Part shown: in pieces, positions 10,490 to 18,698 of the stretch
Numbering within the stretch: the first letter of the stretch is position 1
Layout: each line of letters begins with the position of its first letter
Virus record (IMG/VR): IMGVR_UViG_3300043602_000144
DNA: 20,000 nucleotides
Origin: an uncultured virus (IMG/VR IMGVR_UViG_3300043602_000144)
Lineage: Duplodnaviria > Heunggongvirae > Uroviricota > Caudoviricetes
Direction: 5' to 3' (one strand)
Translations under genes and position numbers: made by a program
Notes under the pieces: model-generated
What the model saw: only the letters and a program-made list of their open reading frames with translations
The model's database searches: none
Told to the model about the DNA's origin: nothing

Positions 10490-11478
10490 GGCGCGGTGAA
10501 GCCTGCCGGGATCGCGCGCGTGAAGCCGGTCCTGGGGCCGGTGCCGAAGTTCGCTGTCGCTCCACCCAGCCAACCATAACCAACCGGAAACCACGGTAGG
10601 CCCTTGCCGATCAGGTTGGTGACGAAGCCACCCTGCGCCGTTGCCGGGTCTTGCGTTCCTGCCATCGCGCTGTTCCACGGCCCGTTGTTAACCCGCACGT
10701 AAAACAACTCCTCGATGATCCATGCGAGATCGACCGCGTCGCCAACATTGTAGCCGCCAAAGATCGTCGCACCGTTGCCTGCGGCCATGTAAATCTGGCC
10801 ATCGCGCGCCACGCTGATGGCATTGCTGATGTACTGCTCGTTGCCTGGAGGCGCGCCTTGTAACGGGAAACCAGCGTTGGCAAAACCAAACCCGAGACGG
10901 AAGTCGACCCGGTCAGCGATGTTCTCGTAATAGATTTTCTGTCCCGCCGCTGCTGACTTGGTCGCGCGCACGCTGCTGTTGTTCTCGGCGTTGAAGCTGC
11001 GACAATCCGACGACAGGGCAACGCTGGAGTCCTTGTCGTCCGGATTCCAGGTGGCCGCTGTAAACAGATTGGCGGTTGCTTCGAACTCAATGAACAGATC
11101 ATTGAAGTCGGTGATCGCCGCAAACTCAGGACTCGTCAGCGTCTGCGTCACGGTCTTGAACGTGGTCGATGCATCGAGATGCACCCACGATGCGATGACG
11201 GTGCTGCCCTGCTTCAGCCGCGCCGTGATCGACATCGATCCGCTGCCGACCGTACCATAGCGGTAGCTGACGTTGAGCGGCTGCGTCAGCACAGCCCCAG
11301 GATCGGACAGGCGAAACCGGATGATGTCGCCTGCCGGGTTGTTTGACGAACGAACAAAGTCGGCGTCGTCCTGCGTCACCTCATCGACAGTGGCAAACAA
11401 ATTGGTCGAGCCGCCAGCCTGATCGATCCAGCCGGTATTGCTGCCGTCCGCATCAGGTCGCAGCTTGAGCAGTGCCAT
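10486..11478 (-). CDS. Two-domain putative virion protein: N-terminal beta-sandwich plus C-terminal SPRY/ConA-like domain (330 aa)
   Basis: C-terminal half (ATWNPDDK..VALS...VRAT...KIYYE...ANFG...PAGF) resembles the SPRY-like domain within the 2189-aa protein (AWNVNDK..VLS...VRST...KYYAE...PSGF). TGATG coupling. Confidence 0.75.
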   Translation of the reverse strand: MALLKLRPDADGSNTGWIDQAGGSTNLFATVDEVTQDDADFVRSSNNPAGDIIRFRLSDPGAVLTQPLNVSYRYGTVGSGSMSITARLKQGSTVIASWVHLDASTTFKTVTQTLTSPEFAAITDFNDLFIEFEATANLFTAATWNPDDKDSSVALSSDCRSFNAENNSSVRATKSAAAGQKIYYENIADRVDFRLGFGFANAGFPLQGAPPGNEQYISNAISVARDGQIYMAAGNGATIFGGYNVGDAVDLAWIIEELFYVRVNNGPWNSAMAGTQDPATAQGGFVTNLIGKGLPWFPVGYGWLGGATANFGTGPRTGFTRAIPAGFTAP

Positions 11479-11732
11479 CAGCGCTTGCGCTTGCCGGTGA
11501 TCTGCGTGGGTGGTTCGGACTCTTCCTGAGTCAGCTGAGGAAGATCCTCGTAGCTGCCATGCACATAGGTCGTCGTCACCTCGATGCTGCCGTCGGGCAG
11601 CCAGCGAACGCTCTGTTCGCCGAACTTCCCGATGAAGCTGGAGCCGGCGATCTGGGACTGGGCCATGTGACGGGCGACCTTTTCCAGATCATCTCTATTG
11701 AAGGTGATGGCTTCTGAACGAGCGCGGATCAT
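11478..11732 (-). CDS. Hypothetical protein (84 aa)
   Basis: ATG 11732 with AAAGGA RBS; stop overlaps the next start. Confidence 0.75.
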   Translation of the reverse strand: MIRARSEAITFNRDDLEKVARHMAQSQIAGSSFIGKFGEQSVRWLPDGSIEVTTTYVHGSYEDLPQLTQEESEPPTQITGKRKR

Positions 11733-11744
11733 AATATCATTCCT

Positions 11745-11835
11745 TTGAAGAGGGTTGTGCGACGGCACGGAGAGGAGTCAACCGCACCGCCGCACTTCCC
11801 TACCGGCAGGGGGAAGAGGGGGGAAGGCCTCTTGT
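11745..11835 (-). other. Structured intergenic element with CU-rich hairpin loops (possible sRNA or mRNA stability/attenuation element)
   Basis: 14-bp stem 11757-11770/11782-11795 that pairs fully only on the minus strand (three G-U pairs), loop UUGACUCCUCU. Second stem AAGAGG/CCUCUU (11814-11833) with loop CCUUCCCC. Competing stem 11795-11816. Confidence 0.5.
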
Positions 11836-11846
11836 TAGCCGGGAGC

Positions 11847-12224
11847 TTACGCTGGAGCTGAGTAGGTCAGCGAAGTGAGAGACACTTGCTGGCCTGCTGA
11901 GATCACCACCGAATTGAGTTGGATATCACCGCCGCCACCCGTGGCCGTGACACTGCATAAGATGATAGGGGTGGCGTTGCCTTGCCGAAGCTCTGCCTTC
12001 GCAATCGTTCCGCCGACGGCATTGGTATCTGCGACGATGGCGTTCGCCGTGGCAGTGCCTGACGCAGCGGCACCGAACGCCGGGTTGGCAAACGTCAGCG
12101 TCGCGACTGTCGCGGCCGCCGCAGTCTGCATGATCAACTTCCCCGGAGGGGTATTGACGTCGAGTTGATCGACAACGAAGTCCGCGAGCGCGGTGCGCAC
12201 GGCGGTTGGATGTGTGACGGCCAA
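11847..12224 (-). CDS. Small beta-rich virion protein, putative fibre subunit (125 aa)
   Basis: TTG start with GGAGG RBS. The VATLTFANPAFGAAASGTATANAI...GGGGDIQLNSVVISAGQQVSLTSLTY pattern matches, from recall, a widespread phage structural family found ahead of long fibre genes. Confidence 0.75.
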   Translation of the reverse strand: MAVTHPTAVRTALADFVVDQLDVNTPPGKLIMQTAAAATVATLTFANPAFGAAASGTATANAIVADTNAVGGTIAKAELRQGNATPIILCSVTATGGGGDIQLNSVVISAGQQVSLTSLTYSAPA

Positions 12225-12233
12225 GTCAGCCTC

Positions 12234-12458
12234 CTATTCGGTTTCGGTTGTCTGCCAGACGATCTTGCGCGACGAACTCAAGACAGTCGCGTTACCATGC
12301 TCTTTGTAGGTGCGCAGATACACGATGTCAGCGCGACCGTTGCCATGTTCCTGGGCTTCGATGGCCAGGATGTTTCTGGGCGCGCCACTGTCGAGAAACA
12401 CGAGCGCGTTGTGATTACCTATTTTACGAAGCTCCATGATGAGTTCGCGGACGGTCAT
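12234..12458 (-). CDS. Hypothetical protein (74 aa, MTVRELIMELRK...)
   Basis: ATG 12458 in ATGA overlap with the upstream stop; the MTVxELIxxL N-terminus is common in small phage proteins. Confidence 0.7.
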   Translation of the reverse strand: MTVRELIMELRKIGNHNALVFLDSGAPRNILAIEAQEHGNGRADIVYLRTYKEHGNATVLSSSRKIVWQTTETE

Positions 12459-12655
12459 TTGTCGGTAACCTCGGCGGTCCCCGTGACCTGCGCCTGCGGT
12501 CCGCCTTCCCTGACTTTGCCCTCTTCGATCCATTGATCGATGAACCCGAGCAGAAGCTCATCCTCGTCGCGGGCGGTGTAGCTCATTCCCGCTACGTACT
12601 CGCTCTTGAGCTCTTCGTCCTTGAAGCCGTCTATGACTGTGAAAGTGCGTGGCAT
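12455..12655 (-). CDS. Hypothetical acidic protein (66 aa)
   Basis: ATG preceded by AAAGGGG; in operon orientation and coupled to the next ORF. Confidence 0.75.
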   Translation of the reverse strand: MPRTFTVIDGFKDEELKSEYVAGMSYTARDEDELLLGFIDQWIEEGKVREGGPQAQVTGTAEVTDK

Positions 12656-12685
12656 CTGGTTTTCCCCTTTGTAATGATCCCTCTA

Positions 12686-12720
12686 TAAAAAGCGGGCGAC
12701 GCATTTTACCGCGCCGCCCG
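12686..12720 (-). terminator. Rho-independent terminator
   Basis: Minus strand CGGGCGGCGCG-GUAAAA-UGCGUCGCCCG-C-UUUUUAU, 35 nt after the stop of the Pro-rich gene. Confidence 0.8.
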
Positions 12721-12755
12721 TGGGAGCCAGATCTCAAGCCTAGAGTATAACTCAG

Positions 12756-13280
12756 TTATTTACGTTTGCCAATCCCAGAAGATGGCGTCACGTGTTCACC
12801 GCTCGGTATCGCGACGACGACCCAGCCGGTAACAGGTGTCCAAGCAACCTTGATTTCCCAAGCCGGACCATCCGGCTTTTCGTCCGGCGGCAGGATGATG
12901 GGATGCGTCGGGCGCAGGAAGCCGAGATCTTCATCGATACCCCACGCCGGATCAACCGGAGGCGGCGGCACCGGAAGCTCGTTGTCCGGACGCACATAGC
13001 CGGTGTCTTCGTCGACACCGTAGCCGGGATCGACCGGCGGCACTGGCTGCGGTTGCGGCAGTGAATTATCGGGCCGCACGTAGCCGAGCCCGAGATCAAT
13101 CCCATACCACGGATCAACAGGCTGCTCCGGCCTCGGCAGCGTATTGTCCGGCCTCGGTTGCTGTCCCGGCAGTGTATTGTCGGGGCGCGGCTGCTGACCG
13201 GGCAACGTATTGTCGGGCCGCGCCGGTGACCCAGCGGATACGATGACGGTTTCTCCTGGCTTCAACTTGATGACAGACAT
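12756..13280 (-). CDS. Proline-rich repeat protein (RPDNxLP / VDPxxG[IV]D repeats, 174 aa)
   Basis: AAGGAG RBS. Five RPDNxLP, three VDPx[YW]G[IV]D..G[YF] units, RPTHPI and a Trp-containing C-terminal segment. Repeat copies differ at synonymous sites, supporting this reading frame. Confidence 0.85.
   Translation of the reverse strand: MSVIKLKPGETVIVSAGSPARPDNTLPGQQPRPDNTLPGQQPRPDNTLPRPEQPVDPWYGIDLGLGYVRPDNSLPQPQPVPPVDPGYGVDEDTGYVRPDNELPVPPPPVDPAWGIDEDLGFLRPTHPIILPPDEKPDGPAWEIKVAWTPVTGWVVVAIPSGEHVTPSSGIGKRK
13141..13222. repeat. 33-bp degenerate tandem repeat (~2.5 copies) encoding RPDNTLPGQQP
   Basis: GTATTGTC recurs at 13141, 13174 and 13207. Confidence 0.85.
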
Positions 13281-13302
13281 CGGTATGTCTCCTTGTTAAG
13301 AT

Positions 13303-14202
13303 TCAATCTTCATCTTCACGTTCCTCACGCTGACGCTCTTGACGTTCAATGATCTCAGCATAGCGCTCATCGTCAGCGGGCACAAATGCACAGCGGCAAT
13401 TCAAGTGGGCGGGAATTAAATCATTGGCCTCCTCGATGTTATAAGGCCCGTCACCCGCGATATCTTCGCAGTCCTCGCAGACTTCATCGTCTCCCGCTGT
13501 CAAAATGTTCACCATGGCATCCCGAATTCGAAAGGTCGGTACAATAGGACGAGGGTTCCATTCCGGGTAGATCCCGACCTTCTTGATCCCGGCTGCCTTG
13601 TAAGCCGCGAGCTTGCCTTGGTTGACAGCCCGAACGATCTCCGTGCTGATCATCATGAGAAGTCTTCTTCTAGTTATTTCCTCCAGCGTCTGACGCACCA
13701 CCAGCATCAGGGTTTCTGTGCGAGCCTCGGTCATGAGAGCCTTCGACACGGCACGCAGAATTCTTCGCTGGGTTTCTGAGCTGATGCCCTTGACCTCGAT
13801 GTTCACGGCTTCTGAAAGAATTCTAGCCAGCCGTGAAGTGTTTATTTCTGCCGATGCCTTGATCTCATTAGAGCCGAGCGCCACGCCACGCAGCACTGCG
13901 ACAGTGATCAAGTCATCCAATGGTATTTCTATAGAGGACGATACCACTTCACGAAGCATTCTATCGGTGCGTATCAACCGAGAGGCCGGGTCCTCCAGGA
14001 AGGGGAGCGCGATGTCAGGCTGCTCGAAGAGCCTGAGTCCCGGCACATCCTCTTCCTGGATTAGAACCCGCAGACTGCGATGCAAGGCGGCCACCCTGGA
14101 GTTGACGATGCTCCGTCCGGTGCGGCGCAATCCGGCACTGCGACTCGGGTCCCTCCGCCTAGGCGACGGAGTGGGCGCGACCGAGGGTCGAGGCTCTGTC
14201 AC
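13303..14202 (-). CDS. Phage head morphogenesis protein (Mu gpF / SPP1 gp7-like, 299 aa)
   Basis: TEIVRA.NQG...TAGDDEVCEDC...IPAHLNCRC motif; directly follows the portal with a GTGA overlap. Confidence 0.88.
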   Translation of the reverse strand: MTEPRPSVAPTPSPRRRDPSRSAGLRRTGRSIVNSRVAALHRSLRVLIQEEDVPGLRLFEQPDIALPFLEDPASRLIRTDRMLREVVSSSIEIPLDDLITVAVLRGVALGSNEIKASAEINTSRLARILSEAVNIEVKGISSETQRRILRAVSKALMTEARTETLMLVVRQTLEEITRRRLLMMISTEIVRAVNQGKLAAYKAAGIKKVGIYPEWNPRPIVPTFRIRDAMVNILTAGDDEVCEDCEDIAGDGPYNIEEANDLIPAHLNCRCAFVPADDERYAEIIERQERQREEREDED

Positions 14203-15611
14203 CGCGACGCCCCCGCGCCGTTGGCTTCGGCAGCTTTACCGTTGCCTTGGCCGTTGGTTTTCTCTTCGCCGTCTTCACCATCGGTTTCTTCGTCGTCCTC
14301 TTGTTGACCGCTTTCCGCATTAGATATCTCTCCTCTTTCAGACGGTTGGCCAAGCTCCTGATTGAGCAAGGCCATCTCTATCGCGGCTTCCAACCCGGGA
14401 TACGTTCCATCCTCGATGAGCTGGTTGCAGCGACCCTTGGCCAGAGCTTCCACCGGCACCAATCCTGCGTCGACGTCTATCTTGGAAGCCTCGGCCTTTT
14501 TCTTTGCGATGTCGGCTTGCTGAACCGCGTCCATCTGCCAGAGTGAGTTCCACTCATAGAAGATGTTTGGATCCAGCTTCCCCAGAGCACTTTTAATGAG
14601 TGATTGATCCAGCTTCTCGAGCGCCGGAGACAGTCTTAACTCTTGGTCTGACTTGACTTTGTCATAGTAGTTCTGAAGATCGCCCTCGCCGGTGGAGTTG
14701 AGCCCTGCCGGTGATTGCCCTAGAAAGCGCGTGACGGGAATATCCGCGGCACCGGCCGCTATTTGAAGATACATCTGCAGCACTTCCGGCATCCCGGCGA
14801 AGTTCGTTCCAATGCGTTCCCAGGTCTCTTCGCCGTCGATGACGATGGCATTGATCACGGACTTCGCGACGTTGGCTTCCGAGAATCTCTTGATGAGGCG
14901 GTTGGTCCCCTGCTCGGTGGCCATGATCTCCGTCATGCCTGGAATCTTGATGACATCCAGCTTGGCTTCCTGGATCATGGTGGCAATGGAAGACATCACC
15001 GCCCCGGCAGAGTTCACGCTATCACTGATGACGTTCATCATCGGGTCGCCCCAACCCTGATTGGTCATGGGGTCTGGAGTGTCCAATCCCGTGAGACGAA
15101 CCATCCTGGAGGGATGAATCCTCGTGGTGTTATCAATATTATAGAACTTCGGCTGGCCATAGTAAGGAGAGAGTAAATCCTTCTCGAGCTCTTCGACGGT
15201 CAACTGATGCGGTGCCAGCACGTGAATAAATTTAAAACCATCCAACGGGACTTCTTCTGGGATCAACTCAGATGCAAGGTTCCCGTCGACGCCGATCATG
15301 AGGCACGCGCCACCATAAAGACGAGCTTTCGTAAGGGCCATCTGAAGCTTGAGCTGAAGCCCGAGGCGCTTTTCGGTCTCCTCGATCTTTTCGATTTGAT
15401 CTTGCTTGGCCTGCCACGATCGCCACTGGCGGGTGGCATCCTGAGCCGGGATTGAGATCGCTTTCCTGGCAATCCAGTCAGACTTGAACGCCGCTTCCAG
15501 TTGCTGTCTGTTCCAAATCGGTGAGATATAAGAATGCGCAGTCATCTTGTCGCGGCCGACGACGCCGAGGCCGCTCAAGAAGTTATGGAAGGTGTCGCTG
15601 AAATGGAACAT
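14199..15611 (-). CDS. Phage portal protein, DUF1073 type (470 aa)
   Basis: WIARKAISIPAQDATR.W, ARLYGGA, IHPSR, GWGD, AADIPVTRFLGQSPAGLNSTGEGD..NYYD motifs; located between terL and MuF. Confidence 0.92.
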   Translation of the reverse strand: MFHFSDTFHNFLSGLGVVGRDKMTAHSYISPIWNRQQLEAAFKSDWIARKAISIPAQDATRQWRSWQAKQDQIEKIEETEKRLGLQLKLQMALTKARLYGGACLMIGVDGNLASELIPEEVPLDGFKFIHVLAPHQLTVEELEKDLLSPYYGQPKFYNIDNTTRIHPSRMVRLTGLDTPDPMTNQGWGDPMMNVISDSVNSAGAVMSSIATMIQEAKLDVIKIPGMTEIMATEQGTNRLIKRFSEANVAKSVINAIVIDGEETWERIGTNFAGMPEVLQMYLQIAAGAADIPVTRFLGQSPAGLNSTGEGDLQNYYDKVKSDQELRLSPALEKLDQSLIKSALGKLDPNIFYEWNSLWQMDAVQQADIAKKKAEASKIDVDAGLVPVEALAKGRCNQLIEDGTYPGLEAAIEMALLNQELGQPSERGEISNAESGQQEDDEETDGEDGEEKTNGQGNGKAAEANGAGASR

Positions 15612-15997
15612 CAGCGGCGAGCTTCCGGTAGATCAGGGTCCACCAGTTCGAGTTCTTCCATCATCACGGTGATGGCAAAGTTCCGCTCGGCTTCCTGCTC
15701 TATCGGGTCACCGCGGGTTCCGGATCTAAATTTTATGTGGACGATTGCCCGGCCAACGTCGACTGGGATGATGACCCCCGACCCGGGAACGACTTCCGGG
15801 ATCGTGACTTCATAGCCATCGATGCCGAACATGTCATTGAAGAAGACGCCATCGGTAGAGAACTGGAAGGTCAGGGGAGCATCGGTCCATTCCGGTGGCA
15901 TGGTGATCCTGACCAGCTGACCTTCGCCGCAGTCGACTGCGTCAGAGAGTGACTGACCCCTTGCGATGGTCGGTCCATTGATGACCTGGAGCGTCAT
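15611..15997 (-). CDS. Conserved-looking phage protein, predicted beta-sandwich (128 aa)
   Basis: TIARGQSLSDAVD...RITMP.EWT.A.LTFQ.S.DG...KFRSGT...Q...R pattern; coupled on both sides. Confidence 0.8.
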   Translation of the reverse strand: MTLQVINGPTIARGQSLSDAVDCGEGQLVRITMPPEWTDAPLTFQFSTDGVFFNDMFGIDGYEVTIPEVVPGSGVIIPVDVGRAIVHIKFRSGTRGDPIEQEAERNFAITVMMEELELVDPDLPEARR

Positions 15998-16185
15998 GGC
16001 GCGGTCCTTTGTAGTTCGTCTTCTATTCGTTTGACGAGCATGTCGCGATCAATACGGGTATCTCCCAATAGGAAGCAGCTAATGTCTCCGCTCAGATCTC
16101 TGCGCCCATGGGTTATCCTCTTCGGATCAGACATCCTTTGACGGATGACATCCTGAGCGTCCCTGATCTCCTCGTCCGTCATCAT
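15994..16185 (-). CDS. Hypothetical protein (63 aa, MMTDEEIRDAQ...)
   Basis: Start reassigned to ATG 16185 (ATGA overlap with the 41-aa ORF); stop overlaps the next start. Confidence 0.65.
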   Translation of the reverse strand: MMTDEEIRDAQDVIRQRMSDPKRITHGRRDLSGDISCFLLGDTRIDRDMLVKRIEDELQRTAP

Positions 16186-16307
16186 CGCTTCGCTCTCGGC
16201 TTCTTCTTGAATCCGCTCGTCGCGTGATAGAGCGCGACTTGCTTCTTCGTGAACTTCCTCCCGGACGGAGAGCGATACTCGTTCTTGGAAACTTTCTTGA
16301 ACGGCAT
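16182..16307 (-). CDS. Small basic protein (41 aa) MPFKKVSKNEYRSPSGRKFTKKQVALYHATSGFKKKPRAKR; not in ORF track
   Basis: Manual translation; TGATG overlap at the 5' end and ATGA overlap at the 3' end fill the gap exactly. Confidence 0.8.
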   Translation of the reverse strand: MPFKKVSKNEYRSPSGRKFTKKQVALYHATSGFKKKPRAKR

Positions 16308-16588
16308 CAGTGATCCCTGATACTGATTTCACTGAGGAGCGTCGTCTGTGATCGTATCCAATCAACGATGTCCTCTCGCATTATGAAGTCTGCGAGTTGC
16401 TTGGAAAATTGTCTACCGAGATCGAGTCTCTCCTTCACATCGTGAGGAGCGAGCGTGATAATCTGACATGCGACTGCGATCGCCAAGGAAGTATGAATCT
16501 CTGCGATCTCCTCTCCGGAGAGTGCAGCATTGATGAGCTCGACGAGCTCGATCACGTGATCCTGACGAGCGTCTTCTTCCGTTGTCAT
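16307..16588 (-). CDS. Hypothetical alpha-helical protein (93 aa)
   Basis: ATG 16588 in ATGA overlap with the terL stop. Confidence 0.75.
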   Translation of the reverse strand: MTTEEDARQDHVIELVELINAALSGEEIAEIHTSLAIAVACQIITLAPHDVKERLDLGRQFSKQLADFIMREDIVDWIRSQTTLLSEISIRDH

Positions 16589-18099
16589 CCGACCCAACTC
16601 AATGTTCTGTCGTATGAAGATGCCGCGGATGCGAGCTTGTTGAATGCTCCGGCTGTAGAATCCACTTGGTCCTTGTACTTCCCTGCAGGGAATTGTTCAT
16701 GCTCATCGATGAACTCCCTGTTCCATTCCGCAGATTTGAGATAGACGTTTCCGGCTTGCACCTGAGCTGCATAAGGCTCTGCTCGTGTTTCCTTCGATCC
16801 GGTGACCTTGTCCGTGAAGACTTGATATCCATGAAAGCGACGAACAGAGCTCTCTGCTGATTCCTTGCCGCCACTTCCTGGTTCCTGCTCAAACCAGATT
16901 GAATATCTGGGACACGTGAGTTTATCTATCTCCGCTGCCTGAAGAAGACGTTGCTCTCGTTCGAGCGCGGACCACTGACCTCGGAGCATGTCCTCGACGA
17001 CAGTCGTCCCGTCCATCATGAGATGAACCAGTGCAGCCGCCGTGTATGCGCCTCCGTCCTGAGTTCCGGCTTTGTCCACGTACCGAACAGATCGTTTGAT
17101 CTTATGTCTATCAAATGCCGGAACGATCTTGAATTGTTCTACTGGAAAGAGCTCTCCTCCCGCTACGATGGGACTCTGCTGATAGATGCTCTCCCACGAC
17201 GCCTGAGTGAGAACCTGTTTCCTCTGTTCTAAGAACTCTAAACTCTTGAGCTCTGGGAACAGAGGTTCTCCCGCGCGACGGTGATCATCATCTTCAATCG
17301 CAATGGCCGGATACTTCAGGACCTTCGTATTTGGGAAGTGCTCTATCCATCTCCCGACGGGATCGTCCAGATGCCATCGCGTCATGATCATGATGAAGCC
17401 GGCTCGCTCAGAGAATCTCCCGAAGAAGTCGTCCGTGAACCATGACCATGTCTTCTCGCGTACTGCTTTACTCTGCGCTTCCGCGCGACCTTTGATGGGA
17501 TCGTCGATGAAGCCGAGATCAAGTCCCTGTCCGTTGATCTGACCCATGACGGTCGTGTTACGAAAAGATCCCTCATGACCGACGTACTCCAAGAGCGAAG
17601 AGTTCCGAAGCCATTTTCCCGGCGTGCCTGCATCGCTGAGCTTCGTGTTCGCGAAGACTGATGCATAGTTCTCGGAATCGAAGATTCTCTGCAGAGTGAT
17701 ATTAACACGAGATCCTAAGTCATCGCTATAAGACCCGAAGATCGTTCTCAGCGATGGATCATTCCCCGCGCACCAAGCGATAAAATCAATAATCTGCTCG
17801 GTCTTCCCATGTTGAGGAGGAGCCTGCAAAATCAAAGATGGACGAAGTCCCGCTTTGAAGTCTTCCCAGAATTGAATCAGATGATGAGCGACGTCGACTT
17901 GCCACCATGCACTTAGAAGTTTGGGACGAATGATATTCCTGAAGAGAAGGAAGTCTCCTCGTGCGAGAGCGCCTTGAAGTTCTCCCGCGAGATCGACATC
18001 CTTCGTCTCTGCATCCTTGTTCTTGGAGGCGAGCTTGAGAAAGAGTTCTGTGATCTCTTCAGGACTCTTACTTTTCGCGCTCGCTTTCGACCTCGACAT
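16585..18099 (-). CDS. terL: Terminase large subunit (504 aa)
   Basis: Walker A APPQHGKT, Walker B LGFIDDP, coupling motif IMTRWH, nuclease residues YVDKA...D...EQEPGSGGK...KDQVDS; GAGGG RBS. Confidence 0.96.
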   Translation of the reverse strand: MSRSKASAKSKSPEEITELFLKLASKNKDAETKDVDLAGELQGALARGDFLLFRNIIRPKLLSAWWQVDVAHHLIQFWEDFKAGLRPSLILQAPPQHGKTEQIIDFIAWCAGNDPSLRTIFGSYSDDLGSRVNITLQRIFDSENYASVFANTKLSDAGTPGKWLRNSSLLEYVGHEGSFRNTTVMGQINGQGLDLGFIDDPIKGRAEAQSKAVREKTWSWFTDDFFGRFSERAGFIMIMTRWHLDDPVGRWIEHFPNTKVLKYPAIAIEDDDHRRAGEPLFPELKSLEFLEQRKQVLTQASWESIYQQSPIVAGGELFPVEQFKIVPAFDRHKIKRSVRYVDKAGTQDGGAYTAAALVHLMMDGTTVVEDMLRGQWSALEREQRLLQAAEIDKLTCPRYSIWFEQEPGSGGKESAESSVRRFHGYQVFTDKVTGSKETRAEPYAAQVQAGNVYLKSAEWNREFIDEHEQFPAGKYKDQVDSTAGAFNKLASAASSYDRTLSWVG

Positions 18100-18547
18100 T
18101 GCGACCCTCTACGTCGATCATCTTATTCGGTCTGTTCGGTTTATCATAGATCGCTCTCGCGAGAAGATCCAGACGGATACCTCTTTGACGGAGCTCTTCC
18201 TGTATCTCTTCCACAGATCGATAAGTCACTTCGACCTTGACTTCTTTCTTGTGATCGATCTGCAGAGGGAGTACTCTGGCTAAGAGCATCGCGAAGGCTC
18301 TAAGATCTTTCACAGCGAGATTGAGGAGAAATCCCGTGAGTCCGTCTTTGCCTTTTCCATTCCGTCCGTGGATCTCCGCGGCTGCAATGATACACTCTTT
18401 AAGAAGCAGCGGTATCTTGTTATGAGTTCCACGAGGACGACCCTTTCCAGGATTCGGTTGTCCTTTCTTGAAAGAGGTCTTACTCGCTCTGAGTCCTTTC
18501 GGTCGCTGAGGTTTCTCACTATCCTCTTGTCTAGGTCTTAGATCCAT
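18068..18547 (-). CDS. Probable terminase small subunit (~159 aa)
   Basis: FKKGQPNPGKGRPRGTHNK motif followed by a helical region; overlaps the terL start. ATG 18547 or TTG 18550. Confidence 0.72.
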   Translation of the reverse strand: MDLRPRQEDSEKPQRPKGLRASKTSFKKGQPNPGKGRPRGTHNKIPLLLKECIIAAAEIHGRNGKGKDGLTGFLLNLAVKDLRAFAMLLARVLPLQIDHKKEVKVEVTYRSVEEIQEELRQRGIRLDLLARAIYDKPNRPNKMIDVEGRNVEVESEREK

Positions 18548-18664
18548 CAAAATTATCCACCCGTTATTCTGACGGCGCGAAAATCAGGAAGTTGCTCGGA
18601 GTCCGGGCGCGCGGCGGCGGCGGGAAATTTCTCATACTGCATCGGTATTCCCACACATCGGAGA

Positions 18665-18698
18665 AGACTGCAACCGAGAAAAACTCTCAGGGCAGTCT
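18665..18698 (-). promoter_or_regulatory. Hairpin in the leader between the NusG-like gene and terS
   Basis: AGACTGC/GCAGTCT outer stem with inner CUGAGAG/UUCUCGG stem (G-U pairs favour the minus strand); no strong U tract. Confidence 0.45.

Noticed and set aside
13303..14202. MuF-fused polymorphic toxin
   Set aside because: The protein ends ~25 residues after the CRC motif; no toxin extension or immunity gene.
14199..15611. Possible anti-CBASS Acb1 call (a label often attached to DUF1073 proteins)
   Set aside because: No C-terminal 2H phosphoesterase domain with paired HxT/S motifs; only the portal body plus an acidic tail.
18605..18625. RfaH ops element
   Set aside because: The GGCGG runs are on the template strand and lack the TAG of GGCGGTAG.
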